Virus record (IMG/VR): IMGVR_UViG_3300020196_000023
DNA length: 64,000 bases
Source: an uncultured virus (IMG/VR IMGVR_UViG_3300020196_000023)
Taxonomy: Duplodnaviria > Heunggongvirae > Uroviricota > Caudoviricetes
Strand: one strand, 5' to 3'
Shown here: in pieces, positions 51,355-60,556 of the stretch
Layout of the letters: each line of letters starts with the position of its first letter
Position numbering within the stretch: the first letter of the stretch is position 1
Notes under the pieces: model-generated
The model's database searches: none
What the model was told of the DNA's origin: nothing
What the model saw: only the letters and a program-made list of their open reading frames with translations
Program-made: the position numbers and the translations under genes

Positions 51355-52335
51355 ATGCCTATTGATAAAACCAAAAATCTTTATTATCTTCCAAAAGGTG
51401 GTTTTTCAAACGCTTTAGAAAACACCTCTTTACAAGATTATAATAAAACTCAATTTGGTGATTTGTTTAGCGGTTTGTTCCCACAATCTGCTTCAATAGC
51501 TTTTTATTGTTTGCCGTATTCGTCTACAAGAATAGATGATAGAAAATATATTTATGCATTAAAAAATGTGTTAAATAGCTATATTGGCGTTAGTCCGCAT
51601 TATGAATATAGTTCAAGCATATATGGTAATAAAGAAACGCAAAAAATAAACTTAATCGCCATTCCGAGCGCATTTTATGGTTCTTCTATAGATAAAGGAT
51701 CGGTAAAGTTAGAATATTATATATCCGGTACGCTAATAAGCAAACTAGAAGATATAAACAAAAATGGAGAATTAATACAAACTACTGGCTCCAATGGATA
51801 TGATAATGTAGCTGGGGTTATTTTATATAATGAAGGTTTTATTATTTTAACTGGTAGTTGGCAGCTAGACGCCTCTCATCAAGAGATATATGAATCTGGT
51901 TCTTCCGCCGATTATCCTAGGTGGCTATATTTTGGAGCAGGCAATAGCTCTTGTTCAGTTAATGCACCCAGTTCCAGTTATGATTTAGAATTTGATGGTG
52001 TAAACTATATAAACACTATAACAATGTTTGCACACGCAGAAAAAAACGATTTAAATCATTCTAATAATCCAACATATATAGAATATTCTAATATTAGCAA
52101 TTTATCTCCTTTGATAAATACAAACACTTATTTAGAAAAGGAATTTTTAACAATAAAAAATACAACTAAATATCCTTATGAAAATTATACCGGCTCTTTA
52201 GAAAAACAAACTTTTATAACAAAAATAGGTATTTTTGATCAAAATAAAAATTTAATAGCTGTAGCAAAAATTTCTAAACCTATTAAAAAAACAGAAAACA
52301 GAGATTTTACTTTTAAATTAAAGTTGGACATATAA
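51355..52335 (+). CDS. Baseplate/tail structural protein, paralog of 48415
   Basis: NHSNNPTY..FITKIGIFD..LIAVAKISKPIKK..KLDI. Confidence 0.7.
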   Translation: MPIDKTKNLYYLPKGGFSNALENTSLQDYNKTQFGDLFSGLFPQSASIAFYCLPYSSTRIDDRKYIYALKNVLNSYIGVSPHYEYSSSIYGNKETQKINLIAIPSAFYGSSIDKGSVKLEYYISGTLISKLEDINKNGELIQTTGSNGYDNVAGVILYNEGFIILTGSWQLDASHQEIYESGSSADYPRWLYFGAGNSSCSVNAPSSSYDLEFDGVNYINTITMFAHAEKNDLNHSNNPTYIEYSNISNLSPLINTNTYLEKEFLTIKNTTKYPYENYTGSLEKQTFITKIGIFDQNKNLIAVAKISKPIKKTENRDFTFKLKLDI

Positions 52336-52336
52336 T

Positions 52337-54343
52337 ATGTCAGAAACGCTAATTTCGGAAGAAACAAAAAATATTGTTCTTAATCAAAGTTCTATAGAAA
52401 CTGTTGATTCTGCTTTTTTAGAGTATGTAGAAGGTTTAAATATATTTTGTGAAACCTCCAATAATAGAATAAAAGTCCCAGTTATTTGGTCTTCTGCTGA
52501 AAGATCATATCAATTAAAAAACAATGTTGCAATCCGCGATAAACACGGTGCTTTAATAGCACCAATTATTTCTCTTGAAAGATTTAGTATTACTAAAGAC
52601 CCAAATAAAAAAGGTAACTTTCAAGCTAATTTATCACCTAAAAACGATAGATATTATATTACTAAAGTTTTAAATCAAGATAAAACTTCTAATTTTGCAA
52701 ATGCAGATACGCTAAAAAAAAGCGGTCAATTAAATTTCTTAACTTCAAAGAAAAATAAAAAAATTGTTTATCAACACATGGAAGTTCGCATACCTGTGTA
52801 TGTAACAATAGAATATAAAATTAATATTTTTACAAATTATCAGGCTCAAATGAATGAAATAATGGAGCCATTTATTGCCAAAACAGCTCAAAACTATTTT
52901 ATTATCACTAAAGATGACCATAGATTTGAATGTTTCATGGATCCTACTTTTAATACTGATAGTATAGCAAATTTAGGTGAAGAAGAACGTAAATATAAAT
53001 CTACTATAAGTGTTAAAGTATTGGCACAAATTATTGGCGAAGGCACCAATACAGAAGATCCAATAATTAAAACAAAAGAAAATGCTGTTGAATTAAAAAT
53101 ACCTAAAGAAAACGTAATCACTGAAGAATCATTAGCAGTTAAAAGAAAACGAGCAATAAAAAAACTTTCTGCCACAAAAACAGAAGTAACACACACAAAA
53201 AAGCAAGAAGTAAAAAAAAATACTAATATTGCTAATTCTGGTAAAAAAACTTCTGGCGGTGAAAAAACCGATTCAGAACAAACAAAAAAATTAAATACCT
53301 CTGCCAGTAACTTAGAAACTATTGATGGTGCTTTATATAATTATCTTGAAGAATTAAACATATTTTGTAATACAAATAATGGATGGGATAAAGTTCCTCT
53401 TATTTGGTCTACTGCCGAACGAGCGTTTCAAATAAAAAATAATAAAGAAATTCGTGACAAAAACGGATCTCTTATACCGCCAATTATCTCAATAGAAAGA
53501 GATAAAGTTACTAAAGACCCAAATAAAAAAGGTAACTTTCAAGCTAATTTATCACCTAAAAACGATAGATATTATATTACTAAAGTTTTAAATCAAGATA
53601 AAACTTCTAATTTTGCAAATGCAGATGCATTGCGTAAAAGTGGACAATTAAATTTCATTACTTCTAAACGTAATGAAAAAGTAGTTTATCAACATTATGC
53701 CATGCGTATTCCAATTTATATTAATGTGGAATACAAAATTAATATTTTAACTAATTATCAGCTTCAAATGAACGAAATTTTGCAGCCTTTTATGGCCCAT
53801 ACCGCGCAAAATTATTTTACAATTTCTAAAGATGGTCACACATATGAAGGTTTTTATAATCCCGAGTTTAATCAAGAAGTTATAAGCGATTTAGGCGAAG
53901 AAGAAAGAAAATATAAAACTGTTATTTCTTTAAGAGTGTTAGGTTATTTATTAAGCGAGGGAGATAATAGAGAAGATAGAAATATAGATATATTTGAAAA
54001 TGCTGTTGAAATAAAGCTTCCTAAAGAAAAAATAATAATTGATGGCGTAGAGCCAAAGAAAAAGAAACAAAAAGAAATAGCAGGTGGTTATGGGGTTGAA
54101 ACACCCGCCGCTACCACCAGTGGAACAATCAAAAAAACATTTATTATTGGTAATGGAGTAGACACCAAATATACTATTAATCACGGTTTAAATACCCGTG
54201 ATGCTTATGTGTCAGTAAGAGAAGATTATGGTGGTTTTTTTCAAGTTATTGCCCACGTAGAATTTCCTAATTTAAATTCTATAGAAGTGGATATGGGCGA
54301 TATTATTGATGAAAATAGCCATGTGGTAACAATAATAGGTTAA
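52337..54343 (+). CDS. Tandem-duplicated tail-completion-like (gp15-like) protein with C-terminal small beta domain
   Basis: Two copies of ET.D.A..Y..LNIFC..KVP.IWS.AER..RDK.G.LI.PIIS.ER; C-terminal INHGLNTRDAYVSV. Confidence 0.6.
   Translation: MSETLISEETKNIVLNQSSIETVDSAFLEYVEGLNIFCETSNNRIKVPVIWSSAERSYQLKNNVAIRDKHGALIAPIISLERFSITKDPNKKGNFQANLSPKNDRYYITKVLNQDKTSNFANADTLKKSGQLNFLTSKKNKKIVYQHMEVRIPVYVTIEYKINIFTNYQAQMNEIMEPFIAKTAQNYFIITKDDHRFECFMDPTFNTDSIANLGEEERKYKSTISVKVLAQIIGEGTNTEDPIIKTKENAVELKIPKENVITEESLAVKRKRAIKKLSATKTEVTHTKKQEVKKNTNIANSGKKTSGGEKTDSEQTKKLNTSASNLETIDGALYNYLEELNIFCNTNNGWDKVPLIWSTAERAFQIKNNKEIRDKNGSLIPPIISIERDKVTKDPNKKGNFQANLSPKNDRYYITKVLNQDKTSNFANADALRKSGQLNFITSKRNEKVVYQHYAMRIPIYINVEYKINILTNYQLQMNEILQPFMAHTAQNYFTISKDGHTYEGFYNPEFNQEVISDLGEEERKYKTVISLRVLGYLLSEGDNREDRNIDIFENAVEIKLPKEKIIIDGVEPKKKKQKEIAGGYGVETPAATTSGTIKKTFIIGNGVDTKYTINHGLNTRDAYVSVREDYGGFFQVIAHVEFPNLNSIEVDMGDIIDENSHVVTIIG
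52590..53626 (+). repeat. 119-bp exact direct repeat (52590-52708 and 53508-53626)
   Basis: TTACTAAAGACCCAAAT...GCAAATGCAGAT identical in both domain copies. Confidence 0.9.
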
Positions 54344-54378
54344 GTAAAAACCAAAATAATTCTTTTCCAAAAATTAAA

Positions 54379-54387
54379 ACTATTTAT
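54379..54387 (+). promoter_or_regulatory. Representative copy of recurring ACTA(T/G)TTA putative late promoter
   Basis: Also at 2382, 2417, 3265, 29011, 47397, 50556, 55847, 57766 (+) and 2339-2346, 852-860 (-). Confidence 0.65.
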
Positions 54388-54467
54388 TATACAGCGATTT
54401 TAATCGGTTGTTTAGGTTAAAATCGTTAGTTTATTATCCGCTCTATAGAGCAAGGAAATGCATTAAA

Positions 54468-55772
54468 ATGGCTAATGGATTAAAGATTTTAACAGTATTA
54501 ACTGCTTCTGAAGCTGCTCAATTTAAGAAAGCAGTACAAGTAGAAACTGGCGGTTTAGTAGTTTCTGCTGGCGATACAAACGTACAAGCACTTTATGCTA
54601 CAAATTTAAGTGCCTCTGGTAACGCACAAGTAGGTGGCAATGTAACTGTAGCAGGCAACGCAGTATTAACTACCGTTTCTGCTTCTAACATCAGTGCTTC
54701 TGGTGATTTAGTAGTACGTGATGTAACATTACGTAATGCATATTTATCTGGCGATGCACATTTACAAAACGCTTACTTAAACAGTGCTTATTTGTCTGGT
54801 TCTGCTACCTTTATTGATGGTGTTGCATTTAACACTATCTCTGGTAGTATTTCTAGCAGCCTCGCGGCAGAAACAGTAGCACGTATTGCTGGCGATGCAG
54901 CAGTAGCAGCAACAGCTTCAACTAACTTAAACACAGTTTCTGGTGCATTTGATGTCCGCGTAACTGCTCTTTCTGGTGCAGTATCAAGCTCCATCGAAGC
55001 TGAAGCTTTGGCTCGTTCAAACGAAGATTTAACCTTCTTGAAATTAGATGGTAGCCGTGCAATGACTGCCGCTCTTAACATGGGCAGCCAAGATATCACC
55101 TCTGCTAAGAGCGGTTCATTCTCTGGTGACGTAACTGTAGTCGGTAACTTACAAGTAAACGGTGCATTAACTTATATTGCTACCACCAACCTTGATGTAA
55201 CCGACAAACTCGTAACATTAGCTAAAGGTGCAGCAAACGCAGCAGCAGCAAATGGCGGCGGTATTGAATTAGAAGGTGCAGGCGCAAGCTTAACCTACGC
55301 AGAAACTGGCGACAAATGGGTTTCTAACAAGTCATTCCAAGTAGCAAGCGATTTGTTTATCTCTGGCGCTAGCGATTTCTCATACATCAACGTTGCTCGT
55401 TCTGCCGGTCAATACGATGTAGACGCAGCAATCCAAGCACTAGACCTAGCAGTAAGCGGCGCTGTAAATTCTGGTGGTAACTTCAAGTCAGATTACAATG
55501 CTCATCGTCACGTTGCAACTGGTAGCTTGGTCAGCGGCCAAGTAATTCTTAACCTAACCACTCTTGGCGGTGCAGAATTCGCAGCTGGTGAAATCTCTAA
55601 GATTGCATTAGACGTTATGATTAAAGAATCTGAGGAGACTGGTTTTACAAACGACTTGGTAGCAATCAAGATGTTTGTTGATGGTGCAGACGTTAAAGTA
55701 CAAATTGATGCACCAGCTACACCAAGCGCAGCTTATCGCTTAATCGCAGTAAACGAAGAAGACATTGCTTAA
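54468..55772 (+). CDS. Fibre-like virion protein, probably highly expressed
   Basis: Start MANGLK after AAGGA; beta repeats, helical stretch, LKLDGSRAMT, GNLQVNG; strongly biased codons; followed by terminator. Confidence 0.75.
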   Translation: MANGLKILTVLTASEAAQFKKAVQVETGGLVVSAGDTNVQALYATNLSASGNAQVGGNVTVAGNAVLTTVSASNISASGDLVVRDVTLRNAYLSGDAHLQNAYLNSAYLSGSATFIDGVAFNTISGSISSSLAAETVARIAGDAAVAATASTNLNTVSGAFDVRVTALSGAVSSSIEAEALARSNEDLTFLKLDGSRAMTAALNMGSQDITSAKSGSFSGDVTVVGNLQVNGALTYIATTNLDVTDKLVTLAKGAANAAAANGGGIELEGAGASLTYAETGDKWVSNKSFQVASDLFISGASDFSYINVARSAGQYDVDAAIQALDLAVSGAVNSGGNFKSDYNAHRHVATGSLVSGQVILNLTTLGGAEFAAGEISKIALDVMIKESEETGFTNDLVAIKMFVDGADVKVQIDAPATPSAAYRLIAVNEEDIA

Positions 55773-55810
55773 TTAGTATATTAATCTAGTTGAAAAATTA
55801 GATTAGGGGA

Positions 55811-55839
55811 GGGAGGCAGAAATGCCTCCCTTTCTTTTT
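55811..55839 (+). terminator. Intrinsic terminator
   Basis: GGGAGGCA-GAAA-TGCCTCCC then TTTCTTTTT. Confidence 0.9.
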
Positions 55840-55861
55840 GTTTTTAACTATTTATTGTACT

Positions 55862-56065
55862 ATGAAACGTAAAATAACCTATCTTATCAAAGACTTTGAC
55901 AAAATAATGCGTGAAATCCTACCACATACGGGTGATTTTAAAAGCGAAGTAATGTTACTTAAACGTAAAGATGAATTTATAGTAATGATTGATCATATGG
56001 CAGAAAAATACGATAAAATTATACAATTAATAGAACAAGAAAAGGAATTACCAGATGAAGTATAA
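55862..56065 (+). CDS. Small hypothetical protein
   Basis: ATG 6 nt after ACTATTTAT. Confidence 0.65.
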   Translation: MKRKITYLIKDFDKIMREILPHTGDFKSEVMLLKRKDEFIVMIDHMAEKYDKIIQLIEQEKELPDEV

Positions 56066-56309
56066 ATTTTCTTTTATTCAAATAACTAACTGGTTAATGA
56101 TTTGCCGTGATAATCTTAAAAAGATTCGTGAAGAAGCAAATGAAGGTTTTGATAATAAAGAGGAGGTTATACAAAAATTAAATAAACAAAAGCGAGATCT
56201 TTTGTTGGTTAAAGAGATATTAAATAGAAAAATAAAATTACATGGTATTAGTCCTGATTTCTTGAAAAATTTAAACAATATTAAGAAAGAATACGGCATA
56301 GGAGAATAA
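56055..56309 (+). CDS. Small coiled-coil hypothetical protein
   Basis: AAGGA SD; overlaps upstream stop. Confidence 0.65.
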   Translation: MKYKFSFIQITNWLMICRDNLKKIREEANEGFDNKEEVIQKLNKQKRDLLLVKEILNRKIKLHGISPDFLKNLNNIKKEYGIGE

Positions 56310-56321
56310 GGAAAGATAAAA

Positions 56322-57761
56322 ATGGCAGTTAAGCCAACAAAAGCGATTGCGGATTTACTTGCGCGAAAGCAAATATTAAAAGTTGATAAAGACAATAATA
56401 TTCTTTTCAAAGTATCAGGAACTTTAGGATCTGGTGCTGTTAGTTCTTCTTTACCAATTACGGCTTCTAATATATTTTCTGCTTTTGATTCTTTTATTTC
56501 GGGCACATTAACTACTAAAAATTTAGTTATAACTGATGATAAAAGTTATGTAAACATAAATCAACTAAGCAATGTATCTGCCTCTAATGCTACAGAAGGA
56601 AAATTTTTAACTTATGATGGAAATAATTGGGTTCCTTCAGAAATACAAGTAAACGCTGGTATTGGATCGCAAGCATATTCATCTCTAAGATATCATTCAG
56701 ATGGTTTATTTAATGGCAGTGAAACAATAGTTTTAAATCTACCATTATCTTCTGCTTATGGTCCAAGTTTTCCTGTAGAATCAATTAATTATTTTACTTA
56801 TAATCTTTTGATTCAAGAAGAATCTGGTTCAAATTGGAAAAATGATTTAGCAGTACTTCAGTTTATTGTAACTGGTTCTGGTACTCCTTATGTTGCTGCT
56901 GTCATAGAAGCACAATTTGTACCATATGCTTATACATTTAACGCAACAAACGAAAATACAGCGGATTTACGAACATCTGTAGCATTTAATGGTTTTGGTG
57001 TTTCGGAAGAATCTTATAATCGCTTAAGATTTCATGATCTTGGATATTTTACAAGTGACCAAGCAGAAATTCCTTTACCCGTATTTTCTACTTTTGGTGT
57101 TGCATTCCCAACCGGATCATTAAAATATATTACTTACAACGTTTTAATTAAGGAAACTTCTGGTTCAAACTGGAAAAATGATTTAGCTTCTGTAGAATTT
57201 AAAATATCAGGTTCGCAAATATGGGCTGTTATATCCGCCCCGGCCAATCCTTATGCTTATACATTTAATGCGATAAATAATAATCCAATAGATGTACCAT
57301 CTGATGTATCTATCGCAAATTATACAAATATTTATGTATCAAACAACGCAGAAATATTAGGAGATTTAACCGTTAAAGGGACAAACGAATTATCTAATAT
57401 AGGTAATAACTTATTAGTTGATGATTTATATAATGTTGCCGATGTGTTTTCTGCTGTTGATACACGTTTTGCACAGATGGTGACAAATTTTAATAATTTA
57501 CGAGAAGTTATTACAGGAAGTTTTGATATATATGGAGAAAAAATTGTTACATTAAATAATTTTGCAGCAGCAGATATAGATTATTTGTCTCTTGATGTAA
57601 TGATTAAGTATAGCGGCAGCACACAATATGTTAATGATTTAGTTAGTATACGTATGTCTGGAACGTTTAGCGACAAAATAAACGTAGAAATAAGTGCGCC
57701 AAGTGTAACTAGTGAAGATTTTTATAGAATTATTGCAGTAAAAGAGACAGGAAGTTTATAA
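56322..57761 (+). CDS. Fibre-like virion protein with three copies of a shared ~95-aa domain
   Basis: Y..LR...LI.E.SGSNWKNDLA..YAYTFNA twice plus DVMIK..NDL..YRIIA. Confidence 0.7.
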   Translation: MAVKPTKAIADLLARKQILKVDKDNNILFKVSGTLGSGAVSSSLPITASNIFSAFDSFISGTLTTKNLVITDDKSYVNINQLSNVSASNATEGKFLTYDGNNWVPSEIQVNAGIGSQAYSSLRYHSDGLFNGSETIVLNLPLSSAYGPSFPVESINYFTYNLLIQEESGSNWKNDLAVLQFIVTGSGTPYVAAVIEAQFVPYAYTFNATNENTADLRTSVAFNGFGVSEESYNRLRFHDLGYFTSDQAEIPLPVFSTFGVAFPTGSLKYITYNVLIKETSGSNWKNDLASVEFKISGSQIWAVISAPANPYAYTFNAINNNPIDVPSDVSIANYTNIYVSNNAEILGDLTVKGTNELSNIGNNLLVDDLYNVADVFSAVDTRFAQMVTNFNNLREVITGSFDIYGEKIVTLNNFAAADIDYLSLDVMIKYSGSTQYVNDLVSIRMSGTFSDKINVEISAPSVTSEDFYRIIAVKETGSL

Positions 57762-57802
57762 AGAAACTATTTATTAAAAATTGTAAAAAGGAGAATTATT
57801 AA

Positions 57803-58897
57803 ATGGCAGTTAAACCAGTTAAAGTGTTAACAGATCTGCAAACAAATAAGCAGATTACAAAAGTAGATCGCAATGCAGGAAACGCAGTATTATTTAATGT
57901 ATCTGGTACAGTAGCTGGTGGTGGTCATGTTAGTTCTTCTTTACCTATTACAAGCTCTGGATTATTAATCAGCGGCGATGCGACAGTAAGTGGAACACTT
58001 TATGTTCGTACCTATCATTCCATTGAAACAACTGCTTCTGTTCTTTTTCAAAGTGGTTCAAGTAAATTTGGCAATAGCGCAGATGATACACACCAATTTA
58101 CAGGTAGTGTTTCTATTAGCGGTTCTTTCTCTGCCGATTATTTAACTGCATCATATGGTTTATATTCAGGTGGACCATCAGAATTATCAGGCGCTGTAAC
58201 TGCCAATAATGGTCTAACAATACTTGGTGCGCCATTAAATGCATCAACGGTAGCTGTTAGCGCAAGTGCATTAAACGCTTCTACTGTTGCTAACGTGGGC
58301 GGTTTATTATCAGCGGGTAGTCTATCATCTTCAGCTGGTTTACAAGTAACTGGTTCTACTAGTTTATTAGGCACACTTAGTGGTAGTAGCACAGTATATG
58401 CTCCAATTGTTTCTGGTAATGTAGGTTCTTTTGTTACCAGTTCTGTTGCTACAACAGCTAGCTTTAATAATATTCCTATAATTACCTCATCAATTCCAAA
58501 TGGTTCTGGTGTTTATGATATGTACAGCATTGATCAAGCATTCCATGCCATTGATGCCGTAATAGCCGATTCTAGCAAAACACAAAATGCTTATAAACGT
58601 TTACGTTATCAAACAAGTGGCACATTTGATGTAAGTGGTATTCAATTAATTTCTCTTCCAACAACACAATTTGGTGGCGCAGCATTTAGTACATCGTCAT
58701 TAGATTATATTACAATTGATGTAATGGTTAAATTAGAGAGTGGTGATAACTGGATGAATGATGTAGTGGCAATTGAAACATATGTTACTGGATCTCCCGG
58801 TTCAAAATATGTAGAAGTTGCTATTTACAGCGCTGATGTACCATATGCTTATCGTTTGATAGCATTAAATGAAGATCCAAGCAAATATGTGATATAA
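57803..58897 (+). CDS. Fibre-like virion protein, paralog of 56322
   Basis: MAVKP..DL..KQI.KVD N-terminus; SGSSKFGNSADDTHQFTGS; shared C-terminal domain. Confidence 0.72.
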   Translation: MAVKPVKVLTDLQTNKQITKVDRNAGNAVLFNVSGTVAGGGHVSSSLPITSSGLLISGDATVSGTLYVRTYHSIETTASVLFQSGSSKFGNSADDTHQFTGSVSISGSFSADYLTASYGLYSGGPSELSGAVTANNGLTILGAPLNASTVAVSASALNASTVANVGGLLSAGSLSSSAGLQVTGSTSLLGTLSGSSTVYAPIVSGNVGSFVTSSVATTASFNNIPIITSSIPNGSGVYDMYSIDQAFHAIDAVIADSSKTQNAYKRLRYQTSGTFDVSGIQLISLPTTQFGGAAFSTSSLDYITIDVMVKLESGDNWMNDVVAIETYVTGSPGSKYVEVAIYSADVPYAYRLIALNEDPSKYVI

Positions 58898-58906
58898 TAA
58901 TCACAT

Positions 58907-59437
58907 ATGATTCTTGGTTTAGACATATCAACTTCAATAACCGGCATTACTATCCTTGATGATACGGGTAATGTGTTGTTATTTGATATGGTTGATATGC
59001 GTTCTAAGAAATATAGTAGTTTTTTTCTTAAAGCCGACGCAGTAGAACGGCGGCTGGTACAATTAAAAAAAGACTATAATATAGATAAAATATTTATAGA
59101 GGAAAGTTTACAAGCATTTAGACCCGGATTAAGTAGTGCAAGTGTTATTTTGACTCTTGGACGTTTTAATGGTATAATAAGTTGGATATCTTATAAAATA
59201 TTTGGCTTTGAACCACAATATATCGGCGCTTCGACTGCTAGGAAAGCTGTTGGCATAAAGGTAGAGCGGGGTCAAAATGCCAAAGAAATCGTTTTAAAGC
59301 GCGGGGTGGAGCTTGAAAAGGGCTTCCTAGTCGAGTATACTCCCCACGGCAATCCTGTTGCTGGCTGCTATGATAGAGCCGATGCATATGTTATAGCCCG
59401 TGCGGGGTATTTATCTTGTCAGACTCTAAAAAAATAG
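58907..59437 (+). CDS. RuvC-like Holliday junction resolvase
   Basis: ILGLDISTSITG, IFIEE, DRADA. Confidence 0.85.
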   Translation: MILGLDISTSITGITILDDTGNVLLFDMVDMRSKKYSSFFLKADAVERRLVQLKKDYNIDKIFIEESLQAFRPGLSSASVILTLGRFNGIISWISYKIFGFEPQYIGASTARKAVGIKVERGQNAKEIVLKRGVELEKGFLVEYTPHGNPVAGCYDRADAYVIARAGYLSCQTLKK

Positions 59438-60357
59438 AGATTCTTAAGCAAATTCTTGGAGACTATTATTCTTCTGGGAATGAAAAGCTATTCTTTTGCC
59501 CAAAATGCTCGCATCATAAGAAAAAATTAAGTATAAACATTACTAAAGACGTATTTAAATGCTGGAAATGTGATTGGTCAGGTAAATCTATACGCCGCTT
59601 AATACAAAGGTATGGTAATTATGTCCAACAAAAGACATGGAATGAGCTTTCTGGTATTGTCGAAATTACAGAATATGAGAAGATATTCCTTGCAGAAAAA
59701 AACGTTGAAGAAAAAGTACAATCAATCTTATTACCAACAGAATTCCAGACGTTATGCAACAAGGATTCTAGCCTAACATCGTTACCAGCTCGTCGTTATC
59801 TGCGTGATCGCGGTATATCTAAACAAGATATACTTTATTGGAAAATCGGTTATGCAGTTTCTGGAGAATATTCTGGTCGTGTGATAATTCCATCTTTTAA
59901 TTTAGATGGTAATATAGATTATTTTATTGCTAGAACTTATGAAAATGATTGGAAGAGATATTTAAATCCTCCAACACCAAAAGACATCATTTTTAATGAA
60001 CTTTATATTGATTGGTCAAGCGATATAACAATAGTAGAAGGTGTATTTGATGCCATTAAAGCAAAAAATGCTATTCCTATTCTTGGATCTACTTTGAGAG
60101 AAGGATCTAGATTATTTCGTGAATTAATAAAAAATGATCCTGCAATATATATCGCCCTAGATCCCGATGCAGAGAAAAAAGCTGAAAAACTTATTAATAC
60201 ACTTTTAGCATATGATGCAGAAGTGTATAAAATTCCCATCCCAGCTGAAAAAGATGTTGGCGATATGAGTAATGAGGAATTTTTAGAGCGTAAGAAGGAC
60301 GCTAAACTAATTAAAGATAGTGATTACTTTTTGATTAATAAAATCATGAGCATATAA
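59416..60357 (+). CDS. DNA primase (Zn finger + TOPRIM)
   Basis: CPKC..FKCWKC; YLRDRG; RVIIP; IVEGVFDA; ALDPDA; KDVGD. Confidence 0.9.
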   Translation: MSDSKKIEILKQILGDYYSSGNEKLFFCPKCSHHKKKLSINITKDVFKCWKCDWSGKSIRRLIQRYGNYVQQKTWNELSGIVEITEYEKIFLAEKNVEEKVQSILLPTEFQTLCNKDSSLTSLPARRYLRDRGISKQDILYWKIGYAVSGEYSGRVIIPSFNLDGNIDYFIARTYENDWKRYLNPPTPKDIIFNELYIDWSSDITIVEGVFDAIKAKNAIPILGSTLREGSRLFRELIKNDPAIYIALDPDAEKKAEKLINTLLAYDAEVYKIPIPAEKDVGDMSNEEFLERKKDAKLIKDSDYFLINKIMSI

Positions 60358-60358
60358 A

Positions 60359-60556
60359 ATGTCAGAAGGCAAAAAATATAATCCTAAAACGGTTATAGCA
60401 TTATTAAAGTTAATGCTTTCTATGCGCAAAGATTTAACAAAAGAAGAAAAAGAATCTGTTGTTAGATTAGCAGAACAAATGATACTTAAAGGTAAAAATA
60501 AAGACTATGAAGATAAACAAATCTTTTCTATCAAAGATTATAAAAGAAGAAATTAA
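60359..60556 (+). CDS. Small hypothetical protein
   Basis: Starts 1 nt after primase stop. Confidence 0.55.
   Translation: MSEGKKYNPKTVIALLKLMLSMRKDLTKEEKESVVRLAEQMILKGKNKDYEDKQIFSIKDYKRRN

Noticed and set aside
52590..53626. Diversity-generating retroelement TR/VR pair (also considered for the 33-bp repeat)
   Set aside because: Copies are identical with no adenine-specific mismatches, both are coding, and no reverse transcriptase is in the window
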